In this document: positions 29,283 to 44,464 of the stretch, piece after piece
Numbering within the stretch: the first letter of the stretch is position 1
Layout: every line of letters starts with the position of its first letter
Assembly: GCA_951406725.2 (NCBI GenBank)
Contig: OX597834.1
Coordinates: forward strand, 40,072,001 to 40,196,000
Length of the DNA stretch: 124,000 bases
DNA from: Octopus vulgaris
Lineage: Eukaryota
Direction: 5' to 3'
The notes under the pieces: model-generated
Databases searched by the model: none
Told to the model about the DNA's origin: nothing
What the model saw: the letters and a program-made list of their open reading frames with translations, nothing else
Program-made: the position numbers and the translations under genes

Positions 29283-30421
29283 GCTAATGTGTAGATATAT
29301 ATGCTAAGTCCACACAGAAGTTGTACTCAGAAGAGCAACTCAGGTGTAGCTGTGTGGTAAGAAGTTGGCTTCCCAACCACATGGTTCTGGGTTCAGTCCC
29401 ACTGCATAGACCCTTGGGAAGATGTCTTCTATAACTTCAAGATGATCAAAACCTTGTGTGTGTGTATATATACTCTTCGGGAATTTGGGGAGTGGGGGTT
29501 CTCCCTCTCCTCTCTACTTTCTGTAGATGAGCACAGGCTCGAAACATCGAAGATTTTTCATTTTCCCTGAGTGTCAAACTAATAGACCTTGTCTGTTGTT
29601 CCCTCCCCTGTCTCTGTTTTTTTGGGTTTTTGTACAGTTTTGAACCATTTGTGTGTGTGTGTGTGTGTTTGTAAGCATATTTGTCTTTTATCTTTCATCT
29701 TTTACTTGTTTTAGTCATTGGGTTGCGGCCATACTGGAGCACTGTTCTGAAAGGTTTTGGTCCCACTGCCGACACTACTTAAATCGTTTTGAAGTCTGAA
29801 CTGCTAAAGTACATGGATGTAAACAAACCCACACTGCCTGTCAAGGTCTTTCATTATCTTTTACTTGTTTTAGTCATTAGACTATGGCCATGCTGGAGTA
29901 CTGCCTGGAAGAATTTTTAATCAAATAAATCATCCCCGGTACTTATTTTTTAAAAATATGCTTACAAACACACTTACGCCAGTGTGTTTACGCCAATTCA
30001 GCAAAAATGACTGCTAGGATAAATACCAGGCTTAAAACCAAAATCCAAATGGGCGCTGGGGTCGATTCGTTCAACTAAAATTCTTTCAGGTGGTGCCACA
30101 GCATGGTTGCAGTCCAATGCCTGAGACAAGTAAAAACCGAAAAAATAAAAAGGGTCATTCTCAAAATCAATTGAAACAAAGGCTTCGTAATTCTCCAGAA
30201 AAATGGTGAGAGTGCTTCCACTGTTTACAAACACCTAACTGTAACACAAAAACAAGGTCCTCTGATCTATGGATAGATTCTTCCACTTTTTTTTTCTTTC
30301 TCTCCTAGCACCGGAGAGCCTGGAAAAGGTCACAAAGTTACTTCCTTCCTCAGCTGAAGACTAATGAAACAAACAACAAATGAAGTCCACAGAGATGATG
30401 ATGGTGATGGTGATGGTGATG

Positions 30422-30453
<32 letters not shown>

Positions 30454-30577
30454 AGTGGTGGCGGGGATGGTGGTGTTCGTGGTGGTGGTGGTCGCCGTGA
30501 TGGTGATGATGGTATTTCTCATGAGAATGAACAAAGATAAACTTATATTAGCCTCAAAGACAACAAACCATACAACA

Positions 30578-30639
<62 letters not shown>

Positions 30640-31024
30640 AATAAAATGAAAATAAAGGCAATAATTATATCTATTTATGTCTAATCTTTATCCGAGAAAA
30701 TTTCTCAGTCTCTTGATCTGATGTTGGTGGCGCTTTTGAAGTAAGAAAGAACAAACAAGAAAAAGAAAAAAAGAAAAAACAAAAAAAAACGAAATAATAA
30801 AGGGGGGAGATTAAAAACAACCACACAAAAAAACAAACAAACAAACGGACTTTTAAAAAAGTAAAAAAAAAAGAAAAAAACAGCAGAATAAAAACAAAAG
30901 TTTGATATGAGTAATGAGTGATATCAAAGACTAAAGATTAATAAATCTGTTTATTCTAGATTCCTCTAAAAGATGGTTCCAACAACAAATGCAATCTCAA
31001 GCCTGGTTTATTTCCTCTGATAGC

Positions 31025-31083
<59 letters not shown>

Positions 31084-32804
31084 TAATAATAATAAATAAT
31101 AATAATAATAATAATAATAAATAATTATAAATAATAATAATAATAATAATAATAATAGGGTATATTGGGCTTTGTATATCTGTACCCAAACACCACTTTG
31201 ATGGTGTGTGCTACTACTACTACTACTAATAATAATAATAATAATAATAATAATGATGATAATAATGATGATGATGATGATGATGATGATGATAAAATAG
31301 TAATTTGCAATTAGCCTAATTACCAAAAAGTTTTGATATTTGTTAAAGAATTTCTGTTGGTTCTAGTAGTGACCACCTCCCTCTAAACTATCAATTATAC
31401 TGTAAACAGTAGATTCCTTTCTTTCCTGATGACATTATATGGAATCGGTTATTAAAAAGAAGCCAAAAATATAAATGGTTTAGGCTTGGCTTTCAAGGGT
31501 TCCTTTATTTTTTTGTTGTTGTTGCTGTTGTTGTTGTTGTTTTCGTTCCTTTATTTGTGATTCTCTGTATTATGTTACTAATCATCTCCACTGCCACCAC
31601 ACTTACCATCACCACCACCACGACAATCACTGTCACCGCCACCACTACCTGTCTCACCACCAACAGCAACACCACTACCCTCACCATCATCGCCACCACC
31701 ACCACCACTGCCACAACTATCATCAGCACCACTACCACCACCAACATCACCCTCATCATCACCACTGCCGTCATCATCATAATCATCACTACCACCATCA
31801 TCATAATCACCAACACCATCGCTATCACCACCACCACCACCATGATCATCATCATCACTTCACATCTGTTTCTCCATGTTAGCATGGGTTTGAGGGATCT
31901 TCACCCACACAGCATCTCATCACATTTTTCTCCTTTCATCTTTTATTTGTTTTAGTCAGTGGGCTGCGGCCATACTGGGGCACTGCTCTGAAAGGTTTTG
32001 GTCCCATTGCCGACACTACTTAAATCATTTTGAAGTCTGAACTGCTAAAGTACATGGATGTAAACAAACCAACACTGCCTGTCGAAGTCTTTCATTAGCT
32101 TTTACTTGTTTTAGTCATTAGATTATGGCCATACTGGAGCACAAAGCTTGGTGCTTATTTGTAGTGATCCCTTTTGCCAAACTGCTAAGTTACGGGGACA
32201 TAAACACACCAACATCAGTTGTCAAGCAGAGGTGGGAAACAAACACAGACACAAAGACACACACACACACACACACGCATATACATGATGGGCTTCTTTC
32301 AGTTTCCATCTACCAGATCCATTCACAAGGCTTTGGTCAGCCCGAGGCTATAGTAGAAAAAAACTTGTCCAAGGTGCCAAGCAGTGGGACTGAACTCAGA
32401 ACCATGTGGTTGAGGATCAAGCTTCTCACCATGCAGCCACACCAAAGAACTCCTTATCAAGAATCTCTCAAAGAAATAGAGAAATTATCCAAATGAAAAA
32501 ACAAAAGGGGCTGGAAATAGAGATAACCAGGAATGTAAGGGGCTGAAAAACAGAAACAATCCCAATAGATAAGGGGTGCATTGAGATTGATAAGAATGTG
32601 CAAAACACACACAACCAAAACCACACAACTTACAAATATGCACAACATGCAAAAATTTGGCAGGAAGAACTGCACACATATTAAAGTAGTGCACTCTCAG
32701 TTCAGTAAATAAAACACTGCATATACTAAGAAAAAAAAAAGAAGAAAAAGAAGGAAAACCTCTTCTCAGCTGTGCAGTGAAAACAAAGAAGAACACTGAA
32801 AGAC

Positions 32805-32806
<2 letters not shown>

Positions 32807-32840
<34 letters not shown>

Positions 32841-32870
32841 TAATAATAATAATAAATAATAATAATGATC

Positions 32871-32914
<44 letters not shown>

Positions 32915-32937
32915 TAATAATGATCATAATAATGATG

Positions 32938-32981
<44 letters not shown>

Positions 32982-33004
32982 TAATAATGATCATAATAAT
33001 GATG

Positions 33005-33059
<55 letters not shown>

Positions 33060-33073
33060 TCATAATAATGATG

Positions 33074-33122
<49 letters not shown>

Positions 33123-33136
33123 TCATAATAATGATG

Positions 33137-33175
<39 letters not shown>

Positions 33176-33198
33176 GATAAATGATAATAATAATGATC

Positions 33199-33242
<44 letters not shown>

Positions 33243-33265
33243 TAATAATGATCATAATAATGATG

Positions 33266-33306
<41 letters not shown>

Positions 33307-33329
33307 TAATAATGATCATAATAATGATG

Positions 33330-33371
<42 letters not shown>

Positions 33372-33394
33372 GATAAATGATAATAATAATGATC

Positions 33395-33438
<44 letters not shown>

Positions 33439-33461
33439 TAATAATGATCATAATAATGATG

Positions 33462-33502
<41 letters not shown>

Positions 33503-33525
33503 TAATAATGATCATAATAATGATG

Positions 33526-33564
<39 letters not shown>

Positions 33565-33587
33565 GATAAATGATAATAATAATGATC

Positions 33588-33634
<47 letters not shown>

Positions 33635-33657
33635 TAATAATGATCATAATAATGATG

Positions 33658-33698
<41 letters not shown>

Positions 33699-33721
33699 TA
33701 ATAATGATCATAATAATGATG

Positions 33722-33766
<45 letters not shown>

Positions 33767-33789
33767 GATAAATGATAATAATAATGATC

Positions 33790-33833
<44 letters not shown>

Positions 33834-33856
33834 TAATAATGATCATAATAATGATG

Positions 33857-33897
<41 letters not shown>

Positions 33898-33920
33898 TAA
33901 TAATGATCATAATAATGATG

Positions 33921-33959
<39 letters not shown>

Positions 33960-33982
33960 GATAAATGATAATAATAATGATC

Positions 33983-34026
<44 letters not shown>

Positions 34027-34049
34027 TAATAATGATCATAATAATGATG

Positions 34050-34090
<41 letters not shown>

Positions 34091-34113
34091 TAATAATGAT
34101 CATAATAATGATG

Positions 34114-34152
<39 letters not shown>

Positions 34153-34175
34153 GATAAATGATAATAATAATGATC

Positions 34176-34222
<47 letters not shown>

Positions 34223-34245
34223 TAATAATGATCATAATAATGATG

Positions 34246-34277
<32 letters not shown>

Positions 34278-34303
34278 TAATAATGATCATAATAATGATG
34301 ATC

Positions 34304-34359
<56 letters not shown>

Positions 34360-34382
34360 TAATAATGATCATAATAATGATG

Positions 34383-34424
<42 letters not shown>

Positions 34425-34444
34425 GATAAATGATAATAATAATG

Positions 34445-34490
<46 letters not shown>

Positions 34491-34513
34491 TAATAATGAT
34501 CATAATAATGATG

Positions 34514-34551
<38 letters not shown>

Positions 34552-34992
34552 TAATAATGATCATAATAATAATAATAAATAATAATGATCATAATAATGA
34601 TGATAATAATGATAATGATAATGATAATAATAATGATGATAATGTTAATGATAATAATGATGATGATAATAATGATGATGATAATGATAATAATAATAAT
34701 AATGATGATGATAATAATGATGATGATAATGATAATGATAATAATGATGATAATGTTAATGATAATAATGATTATGATGATAATAATGATAATGATAATA
34801 ATGATGATGATAATAATGATGATGATAATAATGATGATTATAATAAAAATAATAATAATAATGATGATGATAATAATGATAATAATGATGATTATAATAA
34901 TGATAATAATGATGATTATAATAAAAATAATAATAATAATGATGATGATAATGATAATAATAATGATGGTAATAATGATAATGATGATGATT

Positions 34993-35026
<34 letters not shown>
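32807..35026. repeat. compound (AAT/GAT)n array with an about 197-bp higher-order unit
   Basis: Diagnostic taaatgataaatgataat / gatcataataat blocks recur at 193-202-bp spacing. Confidence 0.9.
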
Positions 35027-35028
<2 letters not shown>

Positions 35029-35582
35029 CCCTGATGCAATACCAGGCAGTGGCTCTCGTGGCTTCTGATCTTAACTGATTGGAAGTGTTATCATGTACAT
35101 TGTTTTGTCTTGGTATAAAAGATGGGCTACAGCAAATATTCTGCTCAATACCCAAGATTTGCTTGTCAGTTGTTTGACCATAACCAGTTGAGCATGTTCC
35201 TTGGTGGCTGATGATATGTGCATCTCTGATCACGAGCAGAAGTAGTGGGGGAGCATCGTAGCCATGTGTTGAGAAGGATTCTTTGGAGCTTGAATAAATC
35301 ACCTCTGGAAACATGGGTGGTTCATTCAACATCCTTAAACAACCCTTATCCAGGGACCTTTTGAACGGGATGGGCTACTCAACCTGAAGAAATTTCTAAC
35401 TGGGCCCCACCTGCAATGTCATGTGCTGTTTATCTTGATATGAGATCACCATGTCGCATACATATGGTTGTGAAGCATGTGCCTGGTGTACCCTTATCAG
35501 ACGGGTAGTCATGACGATTATATTAGGCTTCATATAACTGTACCCCAGTATCACTTTGATGGCATGCACTACTCTCTCACTC

Positions 35583-35584
<2 letters not shown>
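35025..35584 (+). mobile_element. about 550-bp non-autonomous retroposon family 3, embedded in (TAA)n or related triplet tracts
   Basis: Copies at 460-850, 45682-46246, 54945-55157, 94836-95375 and 116442-116660 all end in ...ctctctcactcaataat(aat)n. Confidence 0.8.
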
Positions 35585-35613
<29 letters not shown>

Positions 35614-35700
35614 GGAATAAATAAATCTGTCTTCAGTAAGGATAACAAAAAGAAAGAAAAACTAAAAGGACAAAGGAAGAATGAAGATAAAATGCTGTAC

Positions 35701-35760
35701 CTTGTAAACTTCGGTTGCAAGACTCCAAAGCTCTTGATCTGAAGAAACTTTCAGTTGATA
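35701..35760 (-). CDS. 60-nt internal coding exon YQLKVSSDQELWSLATEVYK
   Basis: Acceptor tttattgttttattttag| and donor AAG|gtacag. Length is a multiple of 3, the peptide is protein-like, and it sits in a non-repetitive island. Confidence 0.65.
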
Positions 35761-37447
35761 CTAAAATAAAACAATAAAATAAAACATTAATAAATACAAA
35801 AAAAAAAACAAATTTCAGTTTAATTCTTGAAAACATCTTAAGACAAAAATAACTGTTTCAAAATCTGGCCAAAGGCCAGTTTCTTAAATTTTGGCCCATG
35901 GCCCCATAGTTTTAGGGAGAAGAGATTAGTCGGTTGTGTCATCCACCCACCCTGGTACTTGACCTGGTACTGCATTTTATTGACCCCCCCACATCCCCCA
36001 CTAAAAGGGTAAAAAGCAAAGCTGACCTTGGCAGAATTTGAACTTGAAATGTAAAGAGAATAAAACAAAATATAGGTGCAGGCATGGCTGTGTGGTAAGA
36101 AGCTTGTTTCCCAACCACATGGTTCCAGGTTCAGTTCCAGTGTGTGGTACCTAGGACAAGAATCTTTACTATAGTTTTGAGATAACCAAAGCTTTATGAG
36201 TGGATTCAGTAGATGGAAACTGAAAGAAGCCCGTTGTGTGTGTGTCCATGGATGATTTGACTGAGGTCTGGCAAAACCAGACTCCAATCTGATCTGGCAG
36301 AGTTTCTACAGCTGGATGCCCTTCCTAATGCCAACCACTCCAAGAGTGTAGTGGGTGCTTTTACGTGCTACCGGCACTAGGGCCAGCTAGGTGGTACTGG
36401 CTACGGCCACACTCAGATGGTGCTTTTTATTAGCCACCTACACAGGAGCCAGTCCAGCGGCACTGGCAACAACATCACTCGAATGTTTTTTCACGTGCAC
36501 CCGGCACAAGTGCCAGTAAGGTGATACAGGTAACGATCATGCTTGAATGGTGTTTTTAACGTGCCATCAGCACAAAGGCCAGCTTGTTGCTCTGGCAACG
36601 ATCTCACTGGTATGGTACTCTTAGCACTCCACTAGCAATGGATGCCAGTCACCGAGTTTGATTTTGATTTCACTTGCCTCATCAGGTCTTCGCAAGCAGA
36701 GTTTAGTGTCCAATGAAGGAAAAGCACACATAAGCGGACTGGTTACACCCCTGGCGTAGGCCACAAGGTTATGGTCTCACTTGCGCTTGCCGAGTCCTGA
36801 ATGTATAATGAAATGTGAAAATTGACAATTCAAAGTCTGTTCCCAGCACACTCGCACAAGTATGTATATGTGTGTGTATAAGTGTTTGTGTGTATGTGTG
36901 TGTATATATATATATATATAAGTATGTATATATCTGTATATCTGTGTGTGTATGTGCACATTTGTGTATAAGTGTTTGTGTGCATGTATAGGTGTATGTC
37001 TATATATGTGGTGTATAAGTCTAAGCACACATGGGTATACATGTATGTATGTGTGTATGTCTGTGTTTGTCCCCCTAGCATTGCTTGACAACCGATGCTG
37101 GTGTGTTTACGTCCCCGTCACTTAGTGATTCGGCAAAAGAATAAGTACTGGGCTTACAAAGATTAAGTCCCGGGGTCGATTTGCTCGACTAAAGGCAGTG
37201 CTCCAGCATGGGCGCAGTCAAACACAGAGAGGACAAACAAGGACAGACAAACGGATTAAGTCGATTACATCGACCCCAGTGCGAAACTGGTACTTAATTT
37301 ATCGACCCCGAAAAGATGAAAGGCAAAGTCGACCGCAGTGGAATTTGAACCCAGAACGTAATGGCAGACGAAACACAGCTACGCATTTCGCCCGGCGTGC
37401 TAACGTTTCTGCCAGCTCACCGCCTTTACATACACACATATATATAT

Positions 37448-37502
<55 letters not shown>

Positions 37503-37942
37503 CATACACACACACATACATACACACATACACACACATACACAAATACACACACATATACACACACACATATCCATGCACGCACACAAAATGTATACAC
37601 ACACACACACACCATCAAACACACACCCCCTTCCTTCCACAGTGCTGTGACACAGTTCTAGCTAATAACTCCATTATCACTTGTTCAATGAATGTCTTGT
37701 GTGTTGTTATTTAAAAGTCAGTCCTTCAGCAAGAAAAGACAGCTCTTTGTTGGCATTGAACTGGATCCATTATTGAAATATTCCCGTTTCAGAAACAGTT
37801 TCGCTCTTCATAAATGTCACCACACGAGGAAGAAACTTCCTAACATAGGATTACGTGTTTCTACATCTGTATCTGTATGCGTATGTGTGTGTGTGTTTGC
37901 GTTTGAAAGAGGAAGATATATATATGTATGTGTGTGTATATA

Positions 37943-37996
<54 letters not shown>

Positions 37997-38186
37997 TATG
38001 TATATATATATATATATTATATATATATATATATGTAGAGGTGTGTATACATGTTTGAGTGTGGGGGGATGTGTTTGAAAGAGGGAGAGATATAAATAAG
38101 TTCACACACACACACACACACACAGATTTAAACAGGGGTGAGTGTCTCTGTGTTTGTATGTGTGTCTCTGAAAGGAAGAGAGGAGT

Positions 38187-38252
<66 letters not shown>

Positions 38253-38905
38253 AGTGCATGTGTGTGAGTGCATGTGTGTGTATAAGGGACTGTACTTGTA
38301 TATGCCTCTGTGTGTGTGTGTGTGCACGTGTGGTGTGTGTGTGTGTTTGACATAGAGAGAGATAGACAGAGAGTGACAGGATATTCTTTTTTATAAATAA
38401 GTCTGTATTTCATATTTATAAATGGAGGGAGTTGTTCAAAAGAGATCACAACTAGAACTGTAACAGCATATGAGAGAGGGAGTGATTGAGGGGGAGGGCT
38501 AGGAATGAGAGGCTGCAAGATAGAGGGGAGAGGGGGAGAGAGAAGTTGTGAGTAAGAGAGAGAGGAGAGGCCGAGAAAGAAAGAGAGATAGGCATAGAGA
38601 GAGAGAGAGAGATAGGTTGGAAGCAAGGAAGGGGTCGAGAGAGAGTGGGGAAAGGCCGTGAGAGAGGAGAGGTCAAGAGAGAGGAGCTGGGAAGGAAGGA
38701 GAGAAGCAAGCAAGCAAGGATTGAAGAAAGAAAGGAAGGAAGGAAGGAAGGAAGGAAGGAAGAAAAGAAGGAAGGAAGGAAGGAAGAAAGAAAGACAGGG
38801 AGGAGGAAAGGGAAGAAAGAAAGATGGGGAGGAGGAAAGGGAAGAAAGAAAGATGAGGAGGAGGAAAGGGAAGAAAGAAAGGAAGAAAGACGGGGAAGAG
38901 GAAAG

Positions 38906-38951
<46 letters not shown>

Positions 38952-39472
38952 CAGGAGAAGGGAAGGGGAGGGAAGAAAGAAAGAAAAAAAGGAAGAAAGG
39001 GCTGAATGGGGGAGAGAGAGATGCAGAGAAAGTGCATCCAGGAAAATTATCAATGAATAAAACAGAACATAAAAAATATCAATAACCTCTGAAACTCCCA
39101 ATTCCATTTGTGATAATTAGAAGACTTGGAAGACCAAAGAACTTGGTAACAAGGAAGCAACAACAACATGGGAACTCTATGCGTCTTATTCATTGTAATT
39201 CCTTAATTCAAAATTCACCCAAATAATCCCACCAAATATTATGAAGAAAGGATTATCTCCCTTGTATACTTGTAATTATTGTCTGCTAGGGGACACCAAA
39301 TGTTTAAAAAACAGTTTCCATGTTAAAGTAAACGGTAACCTTCCATTCCATTCCAACTAACTCACTGCTGACACCCACACTCCACTGTGGTGCATTTACA
39401 GACACATGCATGCATACATACATACATACATGCATACATACATACATACATGCATGAATGAATGACTGCATG

Positions 39473-39506
<34 letters not shown>

Positions 39507-39740
39507 TAGTAAATCCAAAAACGAAGAACAAACATAAAAAACTACAATGCGAGGACACGGTACATATAAAGTATTAGCAGACACTCAGGGAAGGAAAGAA
39601 AGCTGGTTTAATGTTTCGAGCAGATGCTCTTCTTTGGAAACAGATGAAAGTCCAATAGAAGGGAAGACGGAGGAAGAAAATCGCCGATTCACATATAGTT
39701 ACATTTTGAAAATCCTATATACACACACACATACACACAC

Positions 39741-39954
39741 AGAGGGTGCTGAAAAGTTCCCAGCTTTAGGTAAAGAAAAATACAGGAGGATCCGTTAATT
39801 ATGATTTTATTCAGCATATTCCTCCTCTCAGATTCATGTGCTTATTGCGATGGTCCTTCAGTTTCTCTAAGCCCAATAAAAGAACTTGAAAGATTTGGGT
39901 ACCAACCAGGCCTTTCATGATACCCTTAAAGCTAGGAACTTTTCAGCATCCCCT
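39741..39954. mobile_element. mariner-type MITE family (gaggg.tgctgaaaagttcc TIR); several copies
   Basis: TIR pair gagggtgctgaaaagttcccagcttt / aaagctaggaacttttcagcatcccctc. Other copies near 40060, 58100, 91740, 93478 and 119090. Confidence 0.7.
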
Positions 39955-39961
39955 CATACAT

Positions 39962-40002
<41 letters not shown>

Positions 40003-41394
40003 AATTAAGGACTGAACACGAAAAAGTGGACAGTCATATACATATATATATATATACAGGGAGGATGGTGCTGAAAAATTCTCAGCTTCAGGTAAAGGAA
40101 AGTACAGGAGCATCAGTTGTGATTTTATTTAAAGCCAGGAACTTTAAAACCAGGAACTTTAAAACCAGGAACTTTTCAGCAAACCCCTCATAAGCGTGTG
40201 TGTATGTCTGTGCATGTATGTCTGTAGGAAAAGTGTAAATATGTATGAAGCTCTTTCTCTCTTTTTCTTTCAACAGACACACACACGTATATATGCATGC
40301 ATACCTGTATGCATATATACATGCATATGTGCATGTACGCACATACATGTAGAACAGACCATGACCGACCACAAAGATCTTTCACCAGGGTCACTGCTGC
40401 TGCCCCTTACTCCATTAAAACTAAACCATTAAAACAAAATTGAAAGCAAAAAATAAACCAAAAAAACAAAAAAACCATAGACAGAACTAATGATCTGTGT
40501 GTGGTGGTGGGGGTGGGGTAGTGGTGGGGGTGGTGGCAAGAAGTTCCGAGCAGAAGTGGATGCCGAGGGGTGGGGGCCATTTATGGTTATTGCAGCTGGC
40601 ACCGCACATCAAGTTATTCTAGTTTCAGGTTCCTCATCATTAGTCTGAATACAACGGAGTTTATTGTCTGACCTACAGAAGCACGGAGAGGAAGGACGTA
40701 AAAACAATAACAGACCAAGTACCATCATTGCCAGTGGTGATGATGATGATGATGATGGTGGTAGTGGCGATGATGAGGATGATGATGATGATGGTGGTGG
40801 TAGTGGCGATGATGATGGATGATGATGGTGGTGGTTGTGGTGAAGGTGATGATGGAAGTAATTGTGGAGGTGAAGGTGATGGTGATGAGGGTGGTGGTGT
40901 ATGTGGTGGTGGTGGTGGTGGTGGTGGTATGGTGATGGTAATGACGGAGGTATGATGGTGATGATGGTGATGGTGGTGGTAGTGGTGGTGTTGGAAGTAG
41001 TTGCGGTAGTGAAGGCATGATGATGAGGGCAGTGGTATATGTGGTGGTGGTGGTGGTATTGTGATGGTAATGACAGTGGTATGATGTTGATGATGGTGAT
41101 GATGATGGTGGTGGTGGTGGTGGAAGTAGTTGTGGTAGTGAAGGTATGGTGATAGTGATGAGGGCAGCGGTGTATGTGGTGGTGGTGGTGGTGGTGGTAT
41201 TGTGATGGTAATGACAGTATGATGTTGATGATGGTGATGATGATGATGATAGCTGTGGTGGTGGCCATGACTATGCTGAATGTGATGATGGGGGTGGTTG
41301 TGGCAATGATTACGATGAAGATATTGATAATAAGACTAATATACATTCATAAATAGCAAGAAATCTATATACATATACCAACATTCATATATAT

Positions 41395-41433
<39 letters not shown>

Positions 41434-41882
41434 GCATATATATTCTCGTAACAGAAGTAATTTCAATATGACTGATTATGCATATATCCTTGTGTTTGAG
41501 TGTGTATGTGTATATATATATAGATGTATGTATGTATGTATGTATATACATACACAAGTGTGCACTGGTGTGTTGAATGTTAATGGTGAGGAAACAATAA
41601 ATTGGATTATAACAAATGTTGTAATAATATTAATTCGTTAGACAAAACTGAGGTTGTTTTGGTTGATTATGGATAATTTTTACAGAATTTATACAACAGT
41701 ATCTATCTTTTTATGTGTGTGTATATATATATATATTTATTTATACAAGTGTGTATATGTATGTGCCTATATATGTGTATTGTGTATATATTTTGTGTGC
41801 ATATATATATATATATGCACACACACATTATATATACATACATACATATACACATTTGCATAAATATCTATACATACACACA

Positions 41883-41940
<58 letters not shown>

Positions 41941-42051
41941 TACATACACATATGTGCATGCATACATACACACACATACATACATGTATATGGAGGGGGA
42001 GAGAACTTCATAGACGCTGACCTATACATACCAAAATATATAGATACACAT

Positions 42052-42104
<53 letters not shown>

Positions 42105-42768
42105 AAACTGACACACATGCACCCACATGTATTTATACACACATCTTGCATACACATAAGCATATACGTGTATAGAAATGTTAACATTTCCGTCAAAAGG
42201 CATTTATTAAAATACTTTCACGCTCGTTATCACACGAATAAACTGATATTAAATCAATATTAGCAAGTCAATAAACCAATATTTAATCAATATACTGTGT
42301 CAATATCAGAAGTCGAGGCGGAACACATCAACAAAATAATGTAATTGAAAATCTATGTTACTTTGCAGAATTGACATGAAAATTCCTGGTCAATTTGACG
42401 GGAAACAATGGCAAAGTGAAACTAACCAGAATGGCGTGTAGCAATTATAAATATATATAAAAAAGAAAAAAAAATGGTTTTATTAGGAAACTTATTAAAA
42501 ACGGAATCAGGCCAAATCTTATGTAATGAAATTAGCCGGTTCCCAACCTGTTGTACATTCTTAAAATCAAACAGGCGTATCATATAATATTACATATATA
42601 TATATAGGGTGCAAGCATGGCTGTGTGGTAGGGAGCTTGCTTGCCAAAACACATGGCTCTCAGTCTGGGTTCATTCCCGCTGTGTGGTCCCTTTAGTATA
42701 CTTCTGGTATAGCGCCAAGCTGACCAAAGCCTTGTGAGATGATGTAGTGGACAGAAAGTGAAAGAAGC

Positions 42769-42833
<65 letters not shown>

Positions 42834-43020
42834 ATCTAAATATACAACCAAAAGATTGCTTTAAAATACATGGCGTATTTTATAGTTACGCCTGTTCAAA
42901 TATCATAAAAGTGTGAAACTATTGGTAGCTCTTTCGGTTGTGTATTTAATTTGATATTTATCTCTCATTAAATGAAGAGCTTTTTTTTTTGTTGATTCTA
43001 ACTCCATTGAATCTTTAAAC

Positions 43021-43072
<52 letters not shown>

Positions 43073-43080
43073 CCAGATAG

Positions 43081-43620
43081 GGAAGCTGAAATCTCAAAGA
43101 GAATAAGGAAAGGATGGAATGCCTTTAACTCAATAAAGGATGCTCTTGAAATGAAGTTGGATAATACCATAGATGCCAAAACTCTTCAACGGCACCATAC
43201 TTCTTGTATTCTTATATTCAAGTGAGATGTGGGCAACAAGGAAGAGGAGAAAACATCAATCCACTGAAACACATGGAAAGACTGGTGTGAGGAATATCAT
43301 GATGAGAGCATGTTTGAGATGAGATAATTGAAGAACGGAATGGAGTGAATGATGTGATCTGAGAATACTGAAAATACAAGTTCCATTGAGTTGAACATGT
43401 CACAAGATTCACAGACAACAGGTGGACCCATGCAGTTGCCAAGAGGTATCAAAGTGATCGGAAAAGGCCCCTTGGAAAGCCTCTACGCTGATGGGAAAAT
43501 GATTTTTAATTAAGTAATTTGCGTTCAAGATGAGAAAGAATAATACAATCAAGACGGAACTGGAAATGCACTGTGGCCAGCGGGATGTAACAGCATCTGA
43601 GGGTCTGGTCAATACTATGA
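43081..43620 (+). mobile_element. degenerate RTE-clade LINE C-terminal fragment
   Basis: EAEISKRIRKGWNAF...LFNGTILLVFLYSSEMW...FTDNRWTHAVAK...KRPLGKPLR, with stops and frameshifts. Confidence 0.7.
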
Positions 43621-43629
43621 GATATAAAA

Positions 43630-43965
43630 GGTAAAGACCCCTTTCAGTCACGAAGGATTGCACATAGGAAGTTCCCCTTTGAGGCACAAGTCTGGGCAAA
43701 GTTGTTTATGGAAGACCAGCAGTCGCCCATGCATATCCAGCTTCCCATCTTCATGCCATCAGCATTATCCAAGGCAAAGGCGAAGGGGCCGATACAGCTT
43801 GGCACCTGTGACATTGCAATTCATTTCTACAGCTGAGTGAACTGGAACAACATGAAATAAAGTGCCTTGCTCAAGAACACGCATACACAGCCTAGTCCAG
43901 GAATCGAACTCACCACCTCATAATTGTGAGCCTGACACTCCAACCACCAAGCCATGCACCTTCAC
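43630..43965 (-). mobile_element. tRNA-derived SINE family 6
   Basis: Head gtgaaggtgcatggcttggtggttgg...gttcgattcc. Paralogs near 26900, 89120, 105575 and 113715. Confidence 0.8.
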
Positions 43966-44184
43966 AGAAGTTGCCCACAGGGGGTTACAAATATTCGGAC
44001 ACAGTACCTCACAAATTCCAAGTAGGGCTCTGTACCATTAAGCTAAGCAGTTTCAACCCTGAAAGGATGAAAGGCAAAGAAAACCTCAGTGGAATTTGAA
44101 CTCAGAATATGAAGACAGACGAATTACTAGCTAGCATTTTACCCAGCATGCTAATGATTCTGCCAGCTCACCACCTTATTAATG

Positions 44185-44248
<64 letters not shown>

Positions 44249-44431
44249 TAATAATAATGATAATAATAATGACAATAATAATAATAGCATCAAAAATAAT
44301 ATATGTTGATAATAATAATAAAGTTCTTTAATCACCAGAGTTTGGTTTTTACTTGCAAAAAATATTTTTTCTATAAATATTATTATCATTATCATAATAA
44401 TCATTATCATTACTATTAATATTATCATCAC

Positions 44432-44464
<33 letters not shown>

